Positions 25,009 through 37,949 of a stretch of DNA of 64,000 nucleotides are shown here, one piece after another. Source of the stretch: Ginglymostoma cirratum (Eukaryota); the NCBI GenBank assembly GCA_024137785.1, contig JAHRHZ010000002.1, positions 8,571,288 through 8,635,287 on the forward strand. The letters run 5' to 3'. Below the pieces are notes generated by a model. It saw only the letters and a program-made list of their open reading frames with translations, was not told where the DNA came from and did not search any database. The stretch's first letter is position 1. Every line of letters starts with the position of its first letter. The translations under genes and the position numbers were made by a program.

Positions 25009-25704
25009 GTTAGGGGTCTTTCTCTTTGCTAAATAACGTCTGACCTTCTGCAGTTTAAGTAATGATGATGCGTAATCCATGTCAGGAAACTGCAGAAGAG
25101 CATCATTGCAGACATCTGTTTTATAGGTGTGCAGTTCACAGTAACGTTCGACCAAGGAGAAATTCTCTTTACAAAGGCGGGTGAGCACTTCACCGTCTGA
25201 CCATTCGGGAGAGCAACATTGCCGATGAAGGAACCGGGCGCTGTTCTTGAATCCCTCGTGCATTCCTAGTCCATTGCCCATAGTTTGGATTTCTTGACAT
25301 AAGTTTATCTAGAACTGGTTTTGAAGAGCTTTGACGTAGCTTTTGCATACTTGCTTTGGCTGCTTTCAGGTTAAGCAGAGTTTAGCCCGTGGATTTTCAT
25401 AGTGCAACATTCAAGGATTGCTTTTGACATCAATGGCAGGAATCATCCGACCTGAGCAGACAGAAAAGCAGTCTATATTGCAGACTTCGCATTTTTAAAT
25501 GATGTTCCTGCTGTTCGATGGGTGATTGAGCTTAGTGACTTCTGAAAAAAAGACATATTCCGAGATGAGGCGATCAGCGGCTAGAACAGCATTTATTTCC
25601 CATCTCTAATTGCCTGGAGGGCAGTGAAGACTCAAACACGTTGCTGTTGAACTAGAGTGACTTTTAGGCCAGACGACACTTTCCTTCTCTGAAGGGACAA
25701 CGTG

Positions 25705-26158
25705 GGATAGAGTCACACAGCGCGGAAACAGACCGTTCAAATAACCAGTCCACACAGACCATGTTCCTAAACAAACCTAATCCCACTTCCCTGCGCTTGT
25801 TCCATATCACTCCATATCACTCGTCACCTTTCCCATTCGTGAAATTGTGCAAAAGTCTATTATACGTTGCAACTGTGCCGCCACCACTTTTTTCTGCCGT
25901 TCATTCCACTCACAAACCACTTCCTGTGTAAAGGATTGCCTCCCCATATCCGTCAAAATATGGCCACAAACTTGAACTCCCTCAACCTCCGGAAAAGACT
26001 CTACTCATTCACTTTATCTATTTTACTCATGATTGCATAAATCTCAATAATGTCACTCCTGAATCTCCTAACATACAGTAGGATAAAAACGTCCCAGTTT
26101 TTTAAAAAATATATCTCTAAACCTCTCTTCCTGGCAACATCCTATTAAATCCTTTCGC
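25705..26158 (-). mobile_element. Old CR1 3' fragment
   Basis: Reversed CR1 3' UTR (ATAGAGTCACACAGCGCGGAAACAGACC) through CCTGGCAACATCCT. Confidence 0.6.
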
Positions 26159-26159
26159 G

Positions 26160-27047
26160 ATACAAAGGTGGGTCGCGTTGTGGGCAGTGAGGACGGCTGT
26201 TCTAGGTTACAAAGAGATATTCATAGAATGCAGAGCTGGACTGAGAAGTGGCAGATGGAGTTTAGCCCTGAAAAGTGTGAGGTGATTCATTTTGGAAGGA
26301 CAAACTTGAAAACAGAATACAGGGTTAACGGAAAGATTCTTGGCAGTGTGGAGGAGCAGAGGGATCTTGGGGTTCATGTTCGCAGTTCCCTGAGGGCTAC
26401 CATTCGGGTGGATAGAATTGTTAAGAAGGTGTATGGTGTGTTAGCTTTCATTAATAGAGGGATTGAGTTCAAAAGCTGTGAAGGTATGCTCCTGCTATAC
26501 AAAAGCCTGGCTCGGCCACATCTGGAGTATTGTGTCCCGTTCTGGTCACCTCATTACAGGAAAGACGTGGAAGCATTGGAAAAGGTGCAGAGGAGGTTTA
26601 CCAGGATGTTGCCTTGAATGGAGGGAAGGTCTTACGAGGAAAGGTTGAGAGAGCTAGGGCTTTTCTCTTTAGAACGATGAAGGATGAGAGATGACTTGAT
26701 AGAGGTGTACAAAATGATCAGAGGTATAGATAGAGTAGACAGCCAAAGACTTTTTCCTAGGGTGGAGGTAGCTATTACGAGGGGGCATAGTTTTAAAGTG
26801 AGTGGAGTTAGATATCAGGGAGACGTCAGAGGTAGGTTCTTTACTCAGAGAGTGGTAGGGGCGTGGAATGCATTGCCGGAGAGGGTAGTGGAGTCGGCCT
26901 CATTAGGGGTATTTAAGCGGCTATTAGATAGGCATATGGATGATAGTATAAGGTAGCGGTGAAGGTTAGATAGACCTTAGATTTAGGAAAAGTTCGGCAA
27001 ATCGTGGGCCGAAGGGCCTGTACTGTGTTGTACTGTTCTATGTTCTA
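26160..27047 (+). mobile_element. CR1 LINE 3' fragment (RT C-terminus)
   Basis: ORFs 26168-26617 and 26684-26956 (WQMEFSPEKCEVIHFG, RDLGV, RPHLEYCVPFWSP); tail TGTTCTATGTTCTA. Confidence 0.93.
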
Positions 27048-27584
27048 AATATTTTCTGAATCTTCTCCGTGGATAGATGAATTTCTACAAAAAATGACTC
27101 ATGGGTCATCATTTTGAGTTGTTTTCGAATTGAATTTCGACCATGTCCATGTCGGAGTGTGAACCTGACTCACTGGAACATGACTAGTGTCTCTGTAGTA
27201 ACAGTCTATTGATAATACCACCGGTACATCGTTTCCTCTCGGCTGCTCCCTCGACTCTTGAGCTTCAGAGATATCAGCACTAGCTCTCCCTGGCAAACCT
27301 GTAGTGAGAAGCACTCATTGTAGAATTAATGTGAGGTGTTGATGTTGAACTGTGTGATGACTACAGGATGAAGCCCATGTTACAGCCTGCATGGTGGGTA
27401 TTGACAGCACTCAGCAGATTGTTCTAAGTCTAAGTGGGACAAACGTCCAAATATGCCCCCAGAGTCTGCAGGAATGTTATTGGTCACAATAATTATGTTC
27501 AGGGGCAAAGCTCAGGAATGCGCTGTCTGCAATAATTCATCTTGCCGTGTATGACTGCCTGACCCAATCACACTGTTGAACTCT

Positions 27585-27732
27585 AGAGATAACAATGTGT
27601 AGAGCTGGATGAACACACCAGGCCAAGCAGCATCATAGGTGCTCCTATGATGCTGCTTGGCCTGCTGTGTTCATCCAGCTCTACACCTTGTTATCTCGGA
27701 TTCTCCAGCATCTGCAGTTCCTATTATCTCTG
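27585..27732. mobile_element. Penelope-derived foldback element
   Basis: Near-perfect hairpin centred at ~27640; duplication ACACTGTTGAACTCT (27570-27584) / ACACTATTGAACTCT (27733-27747). Confidence 0.8.
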
Positions 27733-29164
27733 ACACTATTGAACTCTCACTGAATGTATAATGACTCAGCATAGTGTTCCTCAGAACTTCATATAGGGCG
27801 CCGTAGAAATGTGTTTTAGTCAGAGCTGTCGGCACACAGATTTGGTGCACTCCACTTTAGCTGGGCCTCCACCAGCTGTTAGTTACTGGAAAATGAAGCA
27901 CTCGAGTCTGCTGCTGGTGTGTTATTTGAAGGCTTTTTTTACTGTCCCACACTGCAAAGTCCACAGTGCAATCACTGGAGCCCCAGCACTTTGTTCACAC
28001 TATTAGAGGGATTTATTTGACTCCAAAATAGGCCATCCCGGCTAAACTGGTTTCAGGTTCCCCAGGAATGTAGGGCTGAGAATAAAATCAAATCACACAT
28101 CATCCTATTGAGTGGAGAGTAGTCTCGATGGGTCAAGCGGCCTACTCTTGTTCCTTATCACTATGTTCTCAATTATCTTCTTGATAAAGCTATGTATCTT
28201 ACAGCTCAATTGGAAGTTCCACTTCCAGAGACGTGTATCGAGGAATACAGAGAAAAGTCGGGAAAGTGCGCTTTGGATGCAGACCACTGTCGAAATATAT
28301 GATGGAACAGACTCAATGGGCAGCACAGTTACGATGCTTAATACAGCATTACTCACCCACATCCCCTACCCCCGCCCAAATTCCACACAATCATGCAGTC
28401 TCTCTCCACTTGGTAACCTCATGTCCTTGTCCTCAGTCACCCAACGGACTCCTCCACAATCTCATGAAATCTCAAATACCCATCGTGGCCCTGCCCTCTC
28501 TGATGCCATTATCTACTTAATGAGGGTGATGCACTAAGACATTCTGCTAGTGTCACCTAAGACCTGATGACTCACATACAAAGGCCTCCACATGGTACAA
28601 GTATAGCACTGACATTCCCATTTTTTTCCGACCTCAGTCAAAAACCTGGAATAAGATTTTGAAGAGACTGTCATTTTGCAGTATTATTCGTCTGAATATC
28701 ATCACCTGGAATTGTATCATACACTGTTACAATATTAAAATAAAATAACAGCAAACTGATTGGATATGTATCCTGCTCCCCCATTTCTCCTCATGGACCC
28801 GCTATTCTAGAAATTAATCTGGTGTGATTTCATTGAAATCCTTCCATGGCATGTATACCAATCCTTAGGTATGGGCGCCAAATCTGTGAACAATATTTTA
28901 GTAGCAATCTCAACCAATTTTCTATACAAGTGAAGTAAGACATCTTTACCCCTATTCTCGTATCATCTTGTTGGGCAGGACTGGTTGTATTAGTTGGATA
29001 GACAATATTAATTTGGGGCAGTCTATTAATCTGAGTTTTTGTGCTAATTTTAGTATCCATTGACATAACTTCCTCGTTTTAATTATTTACCTGAATAGGT
29101 ACCATTAAAGAGGAAGGCCACAACCCAGATTATGTTGGAGTTGCCTGAGTTCCAAATTCACAAA

Positions 29165-29465
29165 TGAAGGAGGGTGAAGTGGGGGAAAGACAGTAGAGTG
29201 TGGGTTGTGAAGAGCATGGTTTGAAGAGAGGATGAGGGATAGGGGAGATGAGGGGGAAAGGGGAGAGTAGGAAGCTTGAGGTAAGGAGATGGAAGGTGAC
29301 AACAGAGCAAAGAGTGGAAGGGATGAGAGAGTTAGTTAGTAGGGATAGGATGAGGTGGAAAGAGAGGAGAGGGGAAGGGAAAAGCAGGGCGAGAGGGAGA
29401 GAACAGAGGAAGGTGGTGAAGCGGAAGTGGAGCAAGGAGGCTGGATGGGGAGAAGCGTGGAGATG
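29165..29465. repeat. Purine (GA)-rich low-complexity tract, continuing at 33321-33665 beyond the CR1
   Basis: Nearly pure G/A sequence on both sides of the CR1 insertion. Confidence 0.85.
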
Positions 29466-29467
29466 GT

Positions 29468-32400
29468 CTTCATTTTGGTGTCGGCGGCTGTTCGAAGCGG
29501 GAAGAGCGGCAGCGAGCACCAGGTGCCTGACGGGAAGGTAAGACGGTTTAAAAACTTACCTCGAGCGGCGAGCGGTTTTTTCCTCACCGGGAGCGGCGGG
29601 AGACGGAGCGGAGGTGATGTTGGAGACCAGGAGGTTGTGAAGAAGGTAAGGAATTAGTATATATTTGGGCAGCATACCGTTTTGGATACTGTTGGGGGAG
29701 ATGGCTCACCAGGGGAGGGCAGCAGTTGCCCGGATCATGGCACCATGGCGGGCACTGCTGTTCAGAAGGGCGGGAAAAAGTCTCATAGGGCCATAGTCAT
29801 AGGGGATTCTATTGTAAGGGGAGTAGATAGGCGCTTCTGTGGCCGAAAACGGGACTCCCAGATGGTATGTTGCCTCCCAGGTGCTCGGGTCAGGGATGTC
29901 ACCGATCGGCTACAGAGCATTCTGAAAAGGGAGGGTGAACAGCCAGTTGTTGTGGTGCATATAGGCACCAATGATATAGGTAAAAAACGAGATGAGGTCC
30001 TGAAAGCAGAATTCAGGGAGCTAGGAGAGAAGTTAAAGTGGAGGACCTCAAAGGTAGTGATCTCAGGGTTGCTACCAGTGCCACGTGCTAGCCAGGGTAG
30101 AAATGAAATAGGCAGGATGAACACGTGGCTTGAGGGATGGTGTAGGAGGGAGGGGTTCAGACTTGTGGGACACTGGGACCGGTTCTGGGGAAGGTGGGAC
30201 TATTACAAATTGGATGGTCTACACCTGAACCAGACTAGAACTAGTGTCCTAGGGGGAGTTTTTGCTAGGGCTGTTGGGGAGGGTTTAAACTAATGTGGCA
30301 GGGGTCTGGGAACCAGAGGAGAAGACTAGTAGACAGTGAGGTGGAAACTAGAGACTGTAAGGATCATGAAGTTAGCATTACCAAGGGGAAGAGTAGGCAG
30401 AGAGCAGATGAACGCAAAGGAACTGGTGGTCTGAAGTGCATATACTTTAATGCAAGGAGTATAGTGGGTAAGGCAGACGAACTTAGGTCTTGGATTAGTG
30501 CCTGGGAGTATGACGTTATTGCGATCACAGAGACTTGGTTGAAGGAAGGGGATGATTGGCAACTAAATGTCCCAGGATATAGATGCTTCAGACAGGACAG
30601 GGAGGGAAGTAAAAGGGGGGGAGGAGTTGCATTGCTGGTCGGGGATGATATCACGGCTGTGCTAAAGGAGGGCACTATGGAGGGCTTGAGAAGTGAGGCA
30701 TTATGGGTAGAGCTGAGAAATAAGAAGGGTGCAGTTACATTGTTGGCGCTGTACTACAGGCCTCCCAACAGTGAGCGTGAGGTAGAAGAACAAATAGGTC
30801 GACATATTATGGAAAGATGTAGAGGTAACAGGGTGGTGGTGATGGGAGATTTTAATTTTCCCAACATTGACTGGGATACACTTAGTGACAGAGGTCTGGA
30901 TGGGGCAGAATTTGTAAGGAGCATCCAGGAAAGTTTTCTAGAGCAGTATGTCAATAGTCCAACTAGGGAAGGGGCCATATTGGACCTAGTGTTGGGGAAT
31001 GAGCCAGGTCAGGTGGTAAAAGTTGCAGTGGGGGATTTCTTTGGGAATAGTGACCACAATTCTGTAAGTTTTAGAATACTCGTAGACAAAGATGAGAGTG
31101 GTCCTAAGGGAAGAATACTAAACTGGGCCAAGGCCAATTATATCAAAATTTGGCAGGAGCTGGGAAATGTGGATTGGGGACAGCTATTTGAAGGAAAGTC
31201 CACATTTGATATGTGGGAGGCTTTCAAAGATAGGTTGAAGATAGTGTAGGATAGGCATGTCCCTTTGTAAACAAGGGATAGGAAAGGAAAGATTCGTGAA
31301 CCGTGGATGACAGGAGAAATCGTGAGACTAGCCAAGAGGAAAAGGGAAGCGTACATAAGGTCCAGGCAGCTAAGAACAGAACGGTCCTTGGAGGAATATT
31401 GGGAGAGTAGGACCAATCTTAAATGAGGAATCAAGCGGGCTAAAAGGGGTCATGAAATAACTTTAGCAAACAGAATTAAGGAGAATCCCAAGGCCTTTTA
31501 TTCATATATAAGAAGCAGGAGGGTAACTAGAGAAAGGGTTGGTCCACTAAAGGATAAGGAAGGAAGGTTTTGTGTCGAACCTGAGAAAATGGGTGAGATT
31601 CTCAATGATTACTTTGCATCAGTGTTCACTGAGGAGAGGGACATGATGAATGTTGAGATTAGAGATAGAAGTTTGTTTACTCTGGATCACGTTGACATAA
31701 GGAGGGAAGATGTGTTGGGTAGGCTAAAGGATATTAAGGTGGGCAAATCCCCAGGATTGGATGGGATCTATCCCAGGATGCTGAGGGAGGCGAGAGAGGA
31801 AATAGCTGGGGCCCTGACAGATATCTTTGTAGCATCCTTAAACACAGGTGAAGTGCCGGAGGACTGGAGAGTTGCTAATGTTGTCCCTCTGTACAAGAAG
31901 GGTAGTAGGGATATTCCAGGTAACTACAGACCAGTAAGCCTGACGTCAGTGGTGGGAAAGTTGCTGGAGAAGGTACTGAGGGATAGAATCTATTTATATT
32001 TGGAAAAGAATGGGCTTATCAGTGATAGGCAACATGGTTTTGTGCAGGGGAGATCATGCCTTACTAACTTAATAGAGTTCTTTGAGGAAGTGACCAAGTT
32101 GATAAATGAAGGAAGGGCTGTAGATGTCATCTACATGGACTTTAGTAAGGCGTTTGATAAGGTTCCCCATCGTAAACTAATGGAGAATGTGAAGTCACAT
32201 GGTGTGCAGGGTGTTCTAGCTAGGTGGGTAAAGAACTGGTTGAGCAACAGGAGACAGAGAGTAGTAGTTGAAGGGAGTTTCTCGAAATGGAGAAAGGTGA
32301 CCAGTGGTGTTCCACAGGGATCAGTGCTGGGGCCACTGTTGTTTGTGATATACATAAATGATCTGTAAGAGGGCATAAGTGGTCTGATCAGTAAGTTTGC

Positions 32401-33320
32401 AGATGACACGAAGATTGGGGGAGTAGCAGAAAGCATAGGGGATTGTCAAAGAATACAGGAGAATATAGATAGACTGGAGAGTTGGGCGGAGAAGTGGCAG
32501 ATGGAGTTCAATCCGGGCAAGTGTGAGGTGATGCATTTTGGGAGGTCTAATTCTAGAGCGAACTATACTGTAAACGGAAGAGCCTTGGGAAAAGTTGATG
32601 AGCAGAGAGATCTGGGAGTTCAGGTCCATTGTATCCTGAAGGTGGCTGCACAGGTGGATAGAGTGGTCAAGAAGGCATATGGTATGCTTGCCTTCATCGA
32701 ACAGGGTATTGAGTATAAGAGCTGGCAGGTCATGTTAAAATTGTACAAGACTTTGGTTCGGCCGCATTTAGAATACTGTGTACAGTTCTGGTCGCCACAT
32801 TACCAAAAGGATGTGGAAGCTTTGGAGAGGGTACAGAGAAGGTTTACGAGGATGTTGCCTGGTATGGAAGGTGCTAGCTATGAAGAGAGGTTGAGTAGGT
32901 TAGGATTGTTTTCATTAGAAAAAAGGAGATTGAGGGGCGACCTGATTGAGGTCTTCAAAATCATGAAGGGTATAGACAGGGTTGACAGAGATAAGCTTAT
33001 TCCCAGGGTGAGGGATTCAATAACGAGGGGTCACGCGTTCAAGGTGAGAGGAGAAAAGTTTAAGGGGGATACACGCGGAAAGTACTTTACACAGAGGGTG
33101 GTAGGTGCCTGGAAAGCGTTGCCAGCAGAGCTAGTAGAGGCAGGCACGGTAGATTCATTTAAGGTGCGTCTGGACAGATGCATGAGTAGGTGGGGAGCAG
33201 AGGGATACAGATCCTTAGGAATTGGGCGATAGGTTTAGACAGTGGATTTGGATCGGCACAGGCTTGGAGGGCCGGAGGGTCTGTTCCTGGGCTGTAAGTT
33301 TTCTTTGTTCTTTGTTCTTT
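29468..33320 (+). mobile_element. Near full-length CR1 LINE: GC-rich 5' UTR, ORF1 (SGNH esterase), ORF2 (APE endonuclease plus RT)
   Basis: ORF1 has GDSIVRG / VVVHIGTND / DGLHLN. ORF2 30293-33232 stays in one frame ([51 protein letters not shown]) with four in-frame stops (31247, 31268, 31424, 32366). 3' tail (TTCTTTG)n. Confidence 0.96.
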
Positions 33321-34204
33321 GGTAGGGAAAGAGGAGAGAGGGAGAAAGTGAAATGGGAGGCCAAGGGGTTGAGGGAATGGGAGAGCGGAAGGTGAGGGTG
33401 TAGGTGGAAATAGTGCGTGGGAGAGAAGACCAGAGAAAGGGCAAGGGAATCAAAAGGGAAGGGGAAGTGGAGGGGAAGATGGATAAGGTTGTCAGAGATG
33501 GGGAGATGGGGAAGGGGAGATGGGAAGAGAAGGAGAGGGAGTCAGGGAGGGAAGACGGGGAGGCAGGGAGGGAAGACGGGGAGAGGGGAGAGTGGGAGAG
33601 TTGGGATAGCGGAGGAGAGAGGGAATGGTGAGTAAGTGAGGGAGAGAAGATGGTGAGGGAGGAGGAATTTTGGGGCTGTTGATTGAATAAAGTTGATAAC
33701 AGAGCATATGTTCACATCAAAATAAATTCACATTTCAAAACTTGTCCTCCTGTGGATATTGGGATAACTAGAGCTTCGAACTTTGGCACTTGTTTTGGAA
33801 CATTAAGTATCTGAGAAAGTAGTTGAGATAAAGACAAGGAATCATCTAAATTAATGGTGCAAGAGATTCAGCCCGGTTTCTCTCTGGTCCTAATATTTCT
33901 GAATCAAACTTTTTCCAGCTAAATTCATTCCCCACTCCCCTGCCAGAAACAGATGATGAGTGCGAGTATTAATCTGATTCAATAGTTCACCACATTTGGA
34001 AAGTTTTTTTTTAGTCTCTGCGAATCAACATATCTCGGATATGAGTGAACTAAACAGACTTTTATTGCTGATTGGTTTCATCGTGGCAAATATGAAAAGG
34101 AGTGAGCGGTCAAAGTCCAATTCGAATCGAACAGTCTTGGCAAACAGGAAAACCATTTTAATGTTTTGTAGTACAGGGCCCAGCTTAGCTCACGGAGTGA
34201 GTTG

Positions 34205-34700
34205 AATTGAATCTGTGCAGGTATAGCTCAGAGGGTCAATGTCAGTACAGGACACAGCTCACAGACTGAGAGGGACCGTGTCAGTACTGGATACAGCTCA
34301 CGGACTGACAGGGACATTGCCAGTAAGAGGGTCTGTGTCAGTGCAGGACACAGACTGAGACTGTCAGTGTCAGTGCAAGACACTGACTGAGAGGTTTCAT
34401 TAGTAAAGGGCACAGACTGAGATGGTGAGTGGCAGTAGAGGCCAGTAGTGGTTGAGGGAGTCATTGTCAGTGTTGGATATAGATTGAGGGTCAATATCAG
34501 TGCAGAATTGACAGGGTCAGTGTTAATGCAGGACACACATTGAGAGGGCAAAAGGCAGTAGAGAACACAGTCCACCGAGTGACAGGGACATTATCGGTGT
34601 AGGGTCCAGCTTACAGATCGGAGTAGAACCTATATAAGACCCAATTCATAGCCTGTGACAGCACTTATCAGTGAATGACACGTCTCATGGATTGAGAAGA
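34205..34700. repeat. Degenerate minisatellite, ~39-bp unit
   Basis: GTCAGTACAGGACACAGCTCACAGACTGAGAGGGACCGT followed by GTCAGTACTGGATACAGCTCACGGACTGACAGGGACATT and more decayed copies. Confidence 0.7.
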
Positions 34701-36654
34701 TATACCTTTTAAAAGGATTTTACATAAAGCTAGCCAAGTGAAGCAAAAATGTTTGGACTGACTGCAGTATGGAAGAAGCTAATTGGGTCTGAAGGGGTCA
34801 ATGCAACGCAGGGATACTGGGACACTAACCTTCAATGGATGGGAAATGAAGTCCGTTAGTGACCATAACAGACGTGTATTTGTGTTACAGACGGTGCGCA
34901 TTTTCTGGTAGTTTTGGTTTTACTGATGGAGAAGAACATGTGGCTGGAGAGTGGAAAGAAGAATAAAGCAGCAACAGTCAAACAGTCAGTCCCACACAAT
35001 TTGGTGCTCACAATGCGTTCTCCACGCCATTGACAAAACTGAATATTTTTCAAGTATCTCCCGTTTGGACTTGAGCAAGTTACTTGTCATTTCTAAACAT
35101 TCTCTTGTTTACTGTTAATTTTCCCGGTTTGTTCCAAAAAAAATCAATGCAAGCTGCAGGAACAACACTTCATTTTCCACTCAGGCCGTTTTTACGGACT
35201 TCAGGGTTCCATATTGATTTCCACAAATTCAGAACATGAACACTGTCCTCAATTTTCGTTACATTCCTACGCAGCCCCATGTCTTGTTTGCTTGGTTTTG
35301 CTCAAAACTAAACACCTTTCGATTATCCACATCTATTTTAATGACTGCTTTGCATCAAGGCAACTTCGTTACTGCAACTTTCGACTTTGACTTGGGCCTA
35401 TCTTGCCTTTCAATGAATTTTTCGTCAATCTGTATCACACCCTTGTTCTGTATTTGTCAATACAATAAGCCACAGTTCTGAAGGCTTCCAGAATTAATTA
35501 TATTTGGAGCGTGAATGCACGATTTTCCCGCCGTTCTTTTTGTGAAGATGAGATCATTGATTTTACTTTTGAATTCCCAGCTGAAAATGGTTCCCTTTGT
35601 TCTTGATTCATTTTTTTTCAGTCTGCATTGATTCTGTCTATTCTTGTGACTTTTTTGATGCAATCTGAATCAGAATGATATTCAATCTTCCGTTTTAAAT
35701 GTGATACAAACTTACTCATCTTTTAACTCTCTGATCCTGAGGACCACCCTGGTGAATGCCCCATCCTCTGTAGGTAATCCACTCAGACCCTACCCTTATA
35801 AACCCACATTTAGTGTTGAAGTCTTCAGCCGCTTCATCAGTGTTCTCCATCGTTAGGTCAGATGCAGGAATGTTCACCAAGGATTACACAAAGACCAGCA
35901 TCTTTTGCTGCACTTGCTGGAGAGAATGTCTATCTCCCTCACAAGGATTAAATTTTAAAAAATAATTCAAAGATCATTTGGAAGAACAGTTCTAACATCG
36001 CAGTACTTTACGAGGCATAAAAATTCCTCTTCACCCTCATCTTAATGTAAGACTCCTTATTTTCAAACAGCCTCCTCGTTATAGTCTCTCCCACAATGGA
36101 AAAAATTCTTTCAGCACTGAGGCTGCCAAGTCTCTGCAGGGCCTTATACATTCCCATAGGGTTACATTTCTTCTAAACTCCAATGATACAAGCCCATAAT
36201 GCCCAATCTTTCTTTTATTGTTCATAAGAAGTGAGTATCATTCGCCATTCCCAATTGCTCTGCAGAAGGTATCTTAAGGAATGGTAACAGTTCTTGGAGG
36301 AAAAGAGCACCCACTGTTCAGAAGGCAGCACCAGAAATTTGATGAAAAGGCAGTGAAAGAATGCCGTCTCGTCCACAAATAATGGTGGAATGCAGGGAAA
36401 TTGCAAGTGGCGGCCCACAATGCCCCATCAATATTCTTCCCGGAATGTCGATGTTGACCACAGATATTTGTAGCCTCTCAGCATAAAGCCACTGGTGGTT
36501 ATCCCCATGCATCTGCTGCCCTGGTTCTCCCAGACTCTTGATGTTGGGAGTTTGCAAGGTCATGCTAAAGAACGTTGAAGATTAACACTCTACACCATCG
36601 AAATTTGTGGATGAGTAACATAGGAGTAAAGTCCCTATTCCAAATGCTAAACAT

Positions 36655-37903
36655 TCAGACATAAGACCATAAGACATAGGAGTGGAAGTAAGGCCATTCG
36701 GCCCATCGAGTCCACTCTGCCATTTAATCGTGGCTGATGGGCATTTCAACTCCACTTACCCGCACTCTCCCCGTAGCCCTTGATTCCTTGCGAGATCAAG
36801 AATTTATCAATCTCTGCCTTGAAGACATTCAATGTCCCGACTTCCACTGCGCTCTGTGGCAATGAATTCCACAGACCCACCACTCTCTGGCTGAAGAAAT
36901 GTCTCCTCATTTCCGTTCTAAATTGACCACCTCTAATTCTAAGGCTGTGCCCATGGGTTCTAGTATCCCCACCTAATGGAAACAACTTCCCAGCGTCCAC
37001 ACTTTCTAAGCCATGCATTATCTTGTAAGTTTCTATTAGATCGCCCCTCAACCTTCTAAACTCTAATGTATACAATTCCAGGATCCTCAGCCGTTCATCG
37101 TATGTTAGGCCTACGATTCCAGGGACCATCCGTGTGAATCTCCGCTGGACACGCTCCAGTGCCAGTATGTCCTTCCTGAGGTGTGTGGCCAAAAATTGGA
37201 CACGGTATTCTAAATGGGGCCTAACTAGAGCTTTATAAAATCTCAGAAGCACATCACTGCTTTTATATTCCAACCCTCTTGAGATAAATGACAACATTAC
37301 ATTCGCTTTCTTAATCACAGACTCAACCTGCAAGTTAACCTTTAGAGAATCCTGTACTAGCACTCCCAGATCCCTTTGTACTTCGGCTTTATGAATTTTC
37401 TCACCGTTCAGAAAATAGTCCATGCCTGTATTCTTTTTTCCAAGGTGCAAGACCTCACATTTGCTCACGTTGAATTTCAGCAGCCATTTCCTGGACCACT
37501 CTCCTAAACTGTCTAAAAATCATTCTGCAGCCTCCCCACCTCCTCCGTACTACCTGCCTGTCCACCCAACTTCGTATCATCAGCAAACTTCACCAGAATG
37601 CCCCCAGTCTCTTCATCCAGATCATTAATATATAAAGTGAACAGCTGCGGCCCCAACACTGAACCCTGCGGGACATCACTTGTCACCGGTTGCCATTCCG
37701 AAAAAGAGCCTTTTATCCCAACTCTCTGCCTTCTGTCATACAGCCAATCCTCAATCCATGCCAGTAACTCATCTTGAACACCATGGGCCCTCACCTTACT
37801 CAGCAGCCTCCCGTGAAGCACCTTATCAAAGGCCTTTTGGAAGTCTAGATAGATAACATCCACTGGGTTCCCCTGGTCTGACTTACTTGTTACCTCCTCA
37901 AAG
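36655..37903 (-). mobile_element. CR1 LINE 3' 1.25 kb (RT)
   Basis: ORFs 37513-37917 ([23 protein letters not shown]) and 36746-37468; tail CATAAGACCATAAGACATAG on +. Confidence 0.95.
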
Positions 37904-37949
37904 GAGGTAACAAGCATTCATTCATGAATGCACCCTCCAAAGGGCTTTA

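Noticed and set aside
29105-29657. Arg/Glu/Gly-rich and Pro/Ser/Leu-rich ORFs (also 33235-33707, 42297-42680, 44528-44758)
   Set aside because: Translations of GA- or CT-rich low-complexity DNA
29682-30293. Stand-alone SGNH/GDSL esterase gene
   Set aside because: It is ORF1 of a CR1 LINE, directly coupled to endonuclease-RT ORF2
34205-34700. CRISPR-like array or any prokaryotic system
   Set aside because: Units are degenerate without unique spacers, no cas genes are present, and the window is plainly vertebrate
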